Positions 36,235-46,900 of a DNA stretch of 64,000 bases are shown in pieces (the first letter of the stretch is position 1; every line of letters begins with the position of its first letter). The notes under the pieces are model-generated. The model did no database searches. It was not told the origin of the DNA and saw nothing but the letters and a program-made list of their open reading frames with translations. The position numbers were made by a program, and so were the translations under genes. The DNA comes from Gordius albopunctatus (taxonomy: Eukaryota): NCBI GenBank assembly GCA_964276515.1, contig OZ193910.1, forward strand, positions 744,001-808,000, written 5' to 3'.

Positions 36235-39200
36235 AAGTGTTAGGTCCCCAAGTCGTGGGGTTTGTTTTGAAAAGTTTCTTCCATCTTGATCTTGTAAGCG
36301 CCATGTCCTAATTTCTCTTCTTAATTTTCATAACTATGTCTACTTGTCTTTCACGTGACACTAGGTTATCCTCATGGTACCTCCATATTCAATATTTTCA
36401 ATTAACATCATTAGTCTTCCTACATCACCATACCACCTTAGCCCATTTTGTTAATGAAGTCCGCCATCGGTTGAATACCCATTTTTACACTAAGAAAGTC
36501 ATTCGCCATATGGTCGAATTTTGTATATTCCAAGTAGAGACCTGGACGAGCGGCCCGAGGCTCGGGCCTTTGAGACTTTAAAATTCCGGGCCTGGCCTAA
36601 TTTGTAAATTATCGGTCCGGCCCGGAATAATTTAGAAGAGCTTAAGTAGTCTTTTATTCTGTTTTAAAACAATCTATAAAATTTCAAAAAATTAATTACA
36701 ATTTATTGAATCTATTAAACACTCAAATTTATTCATTTCGCGCTTATTCTAATACACAAACAATTAAGTATGGAACAAAAAAAATCTACTGCTAATAGCT
36801 GAAAAAATTCAGAAAGAATTTAATAAAGTAAAAGAAAATCTTAAAGAGTGAAGTATGGAAAAAATTACAAGAAAATAAATTTTGTTTTTTGTAAGATTTT
36901 CAAAAATGTGTTATCCTATAATAACTGCTCATCAGGTTATTTTATTTATGTTAGTTTTGATAATGCTTAATATGGAACACTCATCTCCAAAGGCATAAAT
37001 GCTGTAAAGAAGACCAGGAAAAAAATTGGACAATTACTTATGCAAGCCACTTTCAACGAAACTTACAAGCTCTGCAAAAATCAAAAAAGATCTCATATCC
37101 TCAATAGCCCATTTTTGTGGAATGGATATGGCACCAAACATCTTCTTTGAAGAAAGATGTAGAGAAAAATGAAGTTGACACCAACAAAAAGTTGAAGATG
37201 AAAGAGGAAAAAATAGAATTATCGGATTGGTGGAAAGAATACAGTGGTCATTTCCAGCGCTTAGCCCTCTTGTTTGTGAGATTTTTTCGACACCTGCTTT
37301 TGCCTCGAGTGAGAGGTGTTTTTCGTCAGCGGGCCGCATTTATGAAGAGCGGAAACAAATACACGGGAATTTTTGATGCCTGTGTTTTTTTTGCATCAAA
37401 ATAGTTTTTTTAACAATTTATAATTTTTTATGTGTGTTTTATTATTTAATAAAATTCTACCAAAATCAAGTTTGATTAAGTTTCTGCAATTACTAAAAGT
37501 CCGGGCCGGGCTTTGTTTTTAAAGATACTAAAATTCGGGCCCGGTATGGGGCTGATTTTTTTTCATTTTAAATTCCGGGCTCGAGCCGGGCCTTAAAAGA
37601 ATCGATTTCGCAGGTCTCTAACCCCAAGCTCTTATCCGTGATTTGTAATACCTTTTCTTCCGTGTAACGATGGATTTGTAAGCTTTGCTCTTCAACCATA
37701 TTGGCATCTTCTTGTGGCACATTACGCTCGATAGCCTTCGCCATCCATCCTTTATGGATTCATTTGTTAACTCCTTTTGCGCAACCTACCTCTTGATGTA
37801 GCATCGAGTCGAGGTATAGAAACTTGTCTACTTTTGCATACTTTAGATGCTCATCTAGCGGTGGAGTGCCTGTAACATTCTTCTCCCCGTGCAGATACCG
37901 TTTTTCGATCATTGACCTTTAAACCATATAAAGCTAAACCCTTTGACCACTTTTCGGCTTCTTCGCAAAATTTCTCCTTTGTCTCTTTGCATAGTACTGT
38001 ATCATCGGCATATAGCATACACCAAGAAGATGGCTTCTGAACGACTCAAGTTATCGTGTCCATAATTTTATTGAATAAAAAGGAACTTATAGTAGATGCT
38101 TGATGGGATCCAATTTCAACCCGAAAAGATTAGATTTAGAGTCCCCAACTGTCGTTCTAACGCATTGAGGCTTTATAAATATTTTTCATGAGTCCTACAT
38201 ATGCATCAGGTATATTTTTCTTTTCTAGCAACGCCACATTAAATCGCGAGAGACTGTGTAATAGCTTTCGCCTAGTCTATTAAGACCATATGTAGGTTTC
38301 TCCTCTTTTTTCCCCATATTTATCTATCATGTGTCTCCTTAGTCAAAATTTCTGGTAGATTGTGAATTCGCCGGCAAAGAATTTGAATTGGTTAGTCGAT
38401 ATTTCCACCTCGTTTTTCAACCTTTGATCTCCCCCTAAGCTTCAAGGAGTGACAAGTTAGATTAATACATCTGTAATTGCCAAACGTCTGAAGGTTCTTT
38501 TTGCCTTTAATGCTCTCTATTGATTAGCAATTCGCTCTTCTACCAATATCTTGTTAGAGAGGTTTGTCATGGACATGACTCCTTCTCGTCATCGACTCAT
38601 GCTTCCAAAGGAATTACATCTGGGTCATTAGCTTTTCCTTTAGCATCTTGTTCATTTGTGTATTAAATTCTTCTTCCCAAAAGGGCTCCACCATGCTTAT
38701 TTTTGGCCCAATTTTGGGAAGGGTATCTTTGTCATTTCTGATATTCATAGGTTCGTTCCTTGAAATATCCTTTCCGCCTTTATCATTCGGCTAAATTAAA
38801 GATTGACTCTTCTCGTTTTTGACTATTTTAAGAACTCCGACATCGCGACTTTTCTTCTTCCTTATCTTCGCCTATTTGTACATAAACCTGTCGCCTCTTT
38901 TATTATCGAGTTTGTTAGTCATTTGAGTGTACGCCGCGCATCGTTCACTATTGCAACGGCCTTTTTCGCGGATCTCTTTGCCTCCCTATATTCTTGATAA
39001 TCCTCCGACTTTTTTAATATACGCCACCGTTTACAGACAATTGTTTCCATAAAATCCTTAACCGATTGATCCCACCACTATAGTTCTCTATTTAAAGTTT
39101 GCCTCCTTTTGTCTGTCCTAAAACTGGAATCGTCATTTTCATTATGTCACAGTTAGCGTCTCTCAATTGTCGTCTATATTCCCTTACATCTTTATGTGGT

Positions 39201-40272
39201 GGCTTTGATGTTATTTTTCGTTCGTCGTGTCTCTTTTAGCCTTTTGTATCTGATTCGATTCTCCTTCGAGATCCATAACCAGGGGAGGCGTTTTCTTGTC
39301 CCGGTATTACTTTGCAATGCCGTATGAGCAGATAGTCAATTTGACGAAAAGGCTTCCAACCTTTGTATAGATCACAATATGATTTTTGCGTTTTTGAAAA
39401 TACGCGGTAACGATCGCTTAAGATAGTTGGAGCAATTTTTCCCCTCCTTTATTTTGCAGGCCGTGTCCATAGCCTCCATGATTTCGTTCATACCCAAGGC
39501 GATCTTTTCCTAGGTGGGCGTTGAATTCCCTCTCAGTATTTAGCTTTCTACCTGTCCTATTCTTTGTATTTTCCAACGAATCAAAGAATATGTCATCTAT
39601 GATTCCATCAATTTGGAGAACATACGCGCACATAAAGGTTAGGAGGCCCCCTTGATATTCATTGTTGACACACACATTAGCCTGCCTGAACAACGTTTGA
39701 TTTCTACTACCTGGGCCTTGAACGATTTGTTTAAAATAATATAAGCCCCGTTTATACGATTTGGTGACCCGCAGTGGAATAGCATGTATCCCTCTCCTAA
39801 CCCCCTAGCTTTAGTTCTGTTTCACCTGGTCTCTTGTAGGCAAGAGATGTTTTCTTTTTTTAAGCATCCGTGCGACTCGATGCTCTTTCCACCATGTTAT
39901 CCGCATTCTATCCACAACTAAATTTCTTAACCGGCGTTGTAGTGAGTCTGGTGGTCACCCTTGTGTTTTTTCACGTTAAACAGGCGGGTTATGCTATGCG
40001 CGTCGTTTTCTGTTGTAAAGTTTTGTTTCCTCAAACTATCATGATTTTGCAGAGAGTTCGTTTTTCAGCCAGTTTCCTTCCTGATGCCAACCCTCCACCT
40101 TTTTCACACGGACTTGTAACCGTGATAAGTGGAGTTTTTGCTTTTATCAATATCCAATATCTGTTTGTCACACTAAAATGGTCAGCTTATTTAGATAATT
40201 GAATGAGAGGGATTTTAACCCGGAAACCCTTATTCAAAGACAAAACCTACACCAACTACTCCCCACGCTCCC
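36235..40272 (-). mobile_element. Decayed near-full-length RTE-clade non-LTR retrotransposon (APE + RT), interrupted by a hAT element
   Basis: Minus-strand fragments: APE CLQETR*...KARGLGEGYMLFHCGS...VVEIKRCSGRLMCV (~39850-39670) and EFNAHLG...HGGYGHG; RT core WCMLYADD (~38020-38000); KFLYLDS; C-terminus ALTRSRWKKLFKTNP (~36300-36257). The 5' motif GGAGGGTTGGCATCAGGAAGG resembles RTE 5' UTRs. Many stops and frameshifts. Confidence 0.88.
36535..37620 (+). mobile_element. Internally deleted hAT element retaining a frameshifted C-terminal dimerisation domain
   Basis: TIRs TAGAGACCTG...CAGGTCTCTA; degenerate TSD ATTCCAAG/ACCCCAAG; CCCGG subterminal repeats; LSDWWKEYSGHFQRLALL...(frameshift)STPAFASSERCFSSAG at ~37220-37335. 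Confidence 0.88.
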
Positions 40273-40849
40273 ATTTTGCTTTTTTCAATATTAAATCCAA
40301 AAAGATTGTATATTAATAATTAAATTATAGTTGCATACGATTTGTTCATAAAAGGAAAGGCTAAATCGTCGTGCTAGTTTTGACAACATTTTGTAGAGTT
40401 TCTGTGTTATTTTAATACCTATGCATTTTATTTATTAGTATCTTGATCCACAATTTTGAATCTAAATTTAAACTTGCGACTTTTCTTTCTACTGTGGTAT
40501 TAACAAATTAATTTTCTTAAGCTGATCATTTCTGAATCTTTTAATTTATTTCAATCTTATCCAATTTCAACACCTAGAATGTTGGATGTTGTCATAAAAA
40601 TCAACAAATTCCTATAACTATTAGTTTAAAACATTGATTTTTTAGCATTAACTATTGCTCATTCGTAAGCCAGCCTTAATAGTTCACATCATCTAAGGTT
40701 ATTTCAAATTTATTAATATTTGTCTAATTGTCAGTGAATAAAAATTGCATACATACTGGAGAATTTAAGACAAACTTTTTAAAATTAAGACGTTTAATAG
40801 AAATAGTAAATTAGGCACCAATCAATTAATTGTGGGATTCTATTTAATT

Positions 40850-41748
40850 CACAGGTCTACAAATTTTGACTTTGTGATTCCATCCTGCAATCGGACCAAT
40901 AATCCTGATAGAGAATTTTGCGCTGATCACAAATATGTTTTTAGTTTTTTTCCAATCTCCAGTTTTTTAGATAAATGAGGTTAAAGGTGTATAAAAAGGC
41001 CTTTTTAATGTATTTTGAAGTAGAATACCAACGCCATTTTAAATTTATATTGGAAAAAACTAGTGTTTTTGTGTAGATTTAAGTCTCATCTCCCTTTGTA
41101 TTAATTTATTTTTTTTATTTCACCTCTATATTTACATTTATACGCGTTTACGTGAACCCCTTCCCCTTATCAAAATTCGCCCCACAACGTCTGGAAAAAG
41201 GAGTACAGTAGAGTACATACTACACACGCGATGTTTACTAACAAATATCTCTCTCCCTTCACCTAATCTCCTCTCTATCTCCTCCACCCACGTCCCCTTC
41301 ATGTGTGCTTGGATAGATAGGGGGGCGGGAGTGGAAGAGATGGAGAAAGGGAGAGAGAGATGTGTTAGTAAACAGCGCGTACGCAGTATGTACTCTACTG
41401 TACTCCTTTTTCCAGATGTTGTGGGACGAATTTTGATAAGGGGAAGGGGTTCACGTAAACGCGTATAAATGTAAATATAGAGGTGAAATAAAAAAAATAA
41501 ATTAATACACGGGGAGATGAGACTTCAATCTACACAAAAACACTAATTTTTTTCAATATAAATTTAAAATGGCGTTGGTATTCTACTTCAAAATACATCA
41601 AAAAGGCCTTTTTTTGCACCTTTAACTTCATATATCTAAAAAACTGGAAATTTTGGAAAAAAAAACTAAAAACATATTTGTGATCAGCGCAAAATTCTCT
41701 ATCAGAATTATTGGTCCGCTTGCAGGATGGTTTTTTTGTAGACCTGTG
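40850..41748. mobile_element. ~900-bp foldback element with CAC...GTG termini (Transib/Chapaev-like non-autonomous DNA transposon)
   Basis: Termini CACAGGTCTACAAA / TTTGTAGACCTGTG; inverted arms of ~430 bp each that are highly similar; flanks TAATT/TTATT. The superfamily assignment rests only on the termini. Confidence 0.85.
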
Positions 41749-43920
41749 TTATTATCAAAGTTTAAGAATATTTTGACAAAAATTTAAACAGCATGGTTTA
41801 ATTGGAAAAAAAATACTAAAATCGATGGAACGCTTCACGCACATTTCATTTTTAAAGGCGTTTCATAGTGATTTTATACCGAAATTTCTTTTTTAAAATA
41901 ATTAAATTTGCAATTTTTATTAATATAATTGCTACTCTGTAAACCTTCTTAAGTTCAATTGGCCATATAAATAAATATTTCAAATACTGCCCAATTATTT
42001 GGCAGTAAATTATCTAACAATAAGTTTTATCCGGTTATTGTGGCACACACGATTTCCCTTTTATAAAAATTAATTAATTGATGACAGTCATTGATACATA
42101 TATGGCTGTATATTAATAGACATGCCTACAATTAATTACAATAAGGGAAAATTTATATGCATTCGTAAGATTTGAAACTAGTTCCCTTTAGTTTTAACTT
42201 TGTATAATGGTGTTAACAATATCATTAAAATTAGCCCTCATAGATTTAAATGAAATACGAGAAAAACTGGTTTTAAATTGAATTACTGTTTGTCACTATG
42301 GCTTCGTTAATTTCATTTAATATGAATTAGAGTTGTTAATAGCGGGTCCTGCATCTAAGTATACAGTTATTTCGATGAGTTAATTCCCGAGCATTGGCGA
42401 TAGTATAAATAGTTTTCATCTATAATATTAAGGATTTAGCTTGGCATGTATAAAGAATACAAACAATTCATCTCAGTGTTGTGGAAGTTAATAAATGAGC
42501 TACTTTGGTTTCTCAACATGTTAATAGATATATTACACTAATAAAGTGTCAACAGGATGACGTAAAGGGATTGTAGCCGAGTTGATAATAAAAGTCGTTA
42601 AAAGATTCCTAAGTGGTCAGCTCTATTTCGTTATAATGGTATCAAAGATGTTAAGTTGTATGAGCTAGTTTAAAGTAATTCCCCCATCATATAATATGAA
42701 TCTAATTTAGATTCCGTTTAGATTTTGGTTATATATTTTCCTTTCCTCCAAAATATTCCCCTTTGCTGCAAAAGACCTTTAATATTTAAGATTCAAAGTT
42801 AAGATCAATAGTAAAGAATAGACCCTCGCTTGATTTCTCATTTTTATTATATCTTGATCAAACATCTTTTACTTAGTTCCTAATAACCACTTAAGGCCTA
42901 TGATATTATTTTGGCAAGCGTTCAAGTGCAAAGCCAGTTCGTCTTTTTCAATTCGATCGAGTAAACTTCCCAATTTCCTTTTACTTACAGAAGTCAATAT
43001 GGAAATTTTTCACCATTTATTTTATTATTGTATCCACTAGTAAAAAAACCCGATTTACGTATATATATTTAAGCCATAGTCTCTAATTTGAAATTGCACC
43101 TAGATATGAATAGACTAAATTATTGTTTAGTTATCGGACCTTTAGTTAATCATATAAAAGTTTTCTAAAATAAATTATTACACGTTGTATAAAGTTACTA
43201 TTTATAAAATATTACTTAATTTATTTTAGTTAATCATTAAAGTCCAAAAACAAATTTTACCTAATTTTAAGTTTTACGTTTCATTAATAATCTCGAAGTT
43301 AAAATTTTTTGTAATTTAAGTTACAAAATGTTCATATGTCATCTAAAGGTTGAAAAACAATAGACTTTATTAACTAATATATCACAAAACTTTTATAATC
43401 AATGTAAAAAGTGCTGCACACATCAAATAAAAAGACTACTTGATGTGACTCAAGAAGGCTAGTTGTAATATTACAATCAGCATCATACTATATTATAAGG
43501 ATATAATACATATATTCATTTATTATAATTAGAGTTAATATAATATACTCTTTAATTTTAAATGAGAAGAGTAAGTGGTAATTTATGAGTAAAAAGTTGG
43601 AAGAGATCACTCTGTGTGTTAATATGGAAATTGGTTTTGGTCATTTTTATCAGGTCGCAGGCGTCGCCTTCCATTAACCGCTGACTATTTGAATTTATCA
43701 TATAAGAAAAAATGAGATATGTCAATATTCGATACAAATATTCACGTCTTGCTCATAGCTTATGTATGGGTGTGCAGTGCATATGAATAATGCAGTATGT
43801 TACTTACCATACTTAGGCGTATGTATGAGGGATGGATGTATAACTTAAAGAGATCAATGTATTCTTTAAATAAATTTTGGATAAAGGTACCAAGAGCACG
43901 TGGCTTTGGTTTTAAAGCTA

Positions 43921-46900
43921 TTAACAATTAGTTTCTTTATAACCTATAACATTAAAGCTCCTAAATTTTGAATCATTGTTTATGCTATCTTCAACTTTAG
44001 GAAAAGTGTTAGTTTTTAAACTATTTTTCCAGATGCAACGCTCCGTGTTGTTTACAATAGATTTAGGACGATACCGCATGGTACATGTTAGAAAATTTCT
44101 TATACTTACACGGCAAGATTCTGAAATTGTTGTTAGAAAACGGCATGAGAAGCAAACTGTTTTCAACGATCTTCTAATACTCCTGCGGGTTCCAATAATC
44201 ACTATAGGATCTACGATAGCGTTCAATCTTATGAGCGAATCTATGATGGAAAATAAAAGAGGTGAGGTAAAGGACGATTTTGAGTTGGTTATAGATGTCG
44301 ATGTGTGATTGCTAGTGTAAAGTTTAAAGTTATTCTGAGTGTGGTGAGACGCTATTGCTCTATATAAAAGAAGAATATTGGCCACGCAATATGGTAGCGA
44401 TGTTAATATGTGAACAGATATAATGGCCAATATGGTGCGATGGGTGCTATAGCTATTTGTTTTACCAAGCCGTTTTTTCTTTAGGTCATCGTGTGAATCT
44501 TTTGCATTGACATGGTACACGGATATATCGGTATCCAAAATTTTTGTAGATGCTGATATCTTAGCTTCACTAACAATAGGCAAACTATTTCCCCTTCTTC
44601 TGTCGGATTGAGGGGCTTTTACAGGTGGGGCATTAATTGTATGAGTAATTCGAACGAACTTTGAATGGCTGGAAAAAGGCCTTGTTCTGGTTAAATGCAT
44701 CTTTGGAGTGTTACTTATATTGTGTGTTGGGTGTGTTTCGGGCAAATCTCTATCCTCATCGGAAGAATTGTCCTTAATATTTATTTGACGAAGTAGTGGA
44801 ATCATGGAAGGACTCTTATCGACTCTACTTTTTTTGGTCATGGTTAATTTAGGCTTATGTCCTTGCTTACATTCAACTATATCTAGCGGCTTACAATTAA
44901 TATTCGTATACAAATTTGGCCACATTGGATCGTGGAACTTCATGGATGGCACTTTAAGTTTTCTTTCATCTTGATTGAACAAGTCAAGTTCCGTTTCAAT
45001 TCCTGCCTCTAAATTTAATAACTGATCTCTGTCGACTTTCCTTAAATCTATAAGTTCTTCAAAGTCAGAACCATCATCGCTGTACGATGTTATAATTATA
45101 TCTACTTTGCCAGGAGGTTCTTGAGACTGCTGATAACAAGTTTTATAATTCTTATGATCACAGGATGTTTTGAAAGAATAAGATCCAAACAGTGATAACG
45201 TGTTAGATTTAGTTGCATCTTTGTAGGGATTAGTATCTCTTTTATTGGTTGAGTGGTCTTCTCTCAACCCTTGAAGCGCCACCAAATTGAGTATGTGTTG
45301 GGTAAAATGCGTTTGGTCGTGAAAGGTGTTGCGTAACCCTATAGCAAAGCCTGATTCTTTGTTCGCTGATGTCTTTAAGCCACCTGTCATTGCTAAACTC
45401 CATTTTTTACCCAACCTACTACTACATCCGCTAAAGGAAGTAGAAGAGGTAGAGTAGCGAGAGGAAGAAGAACTCGAACTCGAGTAACGCATCATGAGCA
45501 ATCGTTTGTTGCGATTTTTGCCGAATGGTAAACGACTTTTGTTTCCCAGATGCCTCATTACCTTAGTTCTTGTTTCTAAATTTTGATGCTTATACTTGCA
45601 GAACTTGTTAGAGGTAGGACAATTAGAATTTTCTTTGGAAGGAATTATGACACTAGACGTGTCTAGATCGATGCTGGTATTACGACTAACGTCTTGTTCG
45701 CTTTCTATACTCCCTTGTTGACGGTTCCTTAGAACCTTTAGGTGAAGGAAGCAAAGTTTGTGTTTGGATGACAAAATCCTTCTACGTCGATTTAAAACCA
45801 CTATGATCCCGAACCCGGTAAAAGTCTTGATTATCAGTGGCAGGGCAAATATGAAAATGTAAATAGCGATTTCGTAGTAAATCTTGTTGGGCATGATCAA
45901 ATGGCATTCATGACACATTCCTTTGCCAGCGATATCTTGCACGCTAGATTTGAGGGCATAGGGGAGAGCTATTAAGAAAGGGAACAAGGTAAAAATGGCT
46001 ATAATCCTCAAGGCTCGTCTCTTACAACTTGTCCTGAAACTGACGAATGGATAAGCTATAGCCACATACCTGAATTTATAAAAAAAATACTATAGAAGCA
46101 ATTATCTCAAGGTTTTATATATTAAGGCCTGTCTTTCAAGCACCTTTAATCATACACACCTACGATGAGTTTGCTATTATCATAACACTTATACCTTGAA
46201 GCTTATTAATTGGTCATATAATTAATTCCTTACATTATTTAATGATAACAACGCTGATACTCGTCAAATGAAATGTTGTAGGTAGTATTTGGATATATGA
46301 GGAAGTCTTGGGTCCCAGTATCATTTGTATGCAAATACTTAGTTGTATTGAATATTTAATGCGATTATATTAATTCACCACATACCATATTATCCATTTA
46401 CCGCTGCTATTATTTATGAGGTGACCTTAAGTAATACATAATGTATATGAAAGAAAAGTGAAAGGAGAAAACTTAGCCCTCCATGAAAAACAATCATTTT
46501 TTAGAATCGTTTTGTATATCTGTTTTTATAGTTGATAAATATACTTTTTTATCATTATATCGTTTTAAAGTTAAAAAATTGCAAATTTATAGCCAAAGGG
46601 AGTTAAGTGGGGAAAAAATCAATTTGTCCTCTAGGTGCGAAGTAATTAATATATCTTTTAAATTATTTAAAAGTTTGACTAAATATGAAGGTCATGATGG
46701 TTGGAATTGTCTGGGGATTTTGCGAAATTAATTGTCGTCAACAATTAGAGGCAAAGCTTGGACTATCTTATTAATCTTTTTTATTAAAGTAAAATATTTA
46801 TGGTCATGTTAGGAATAAAAAATGAAAGATATTTATTAAATTACCCATGGGCTTAGCCAGGGGGGAGGGCAGGGAGGGGTGGCTGCCCCCCCCCCCCCCT

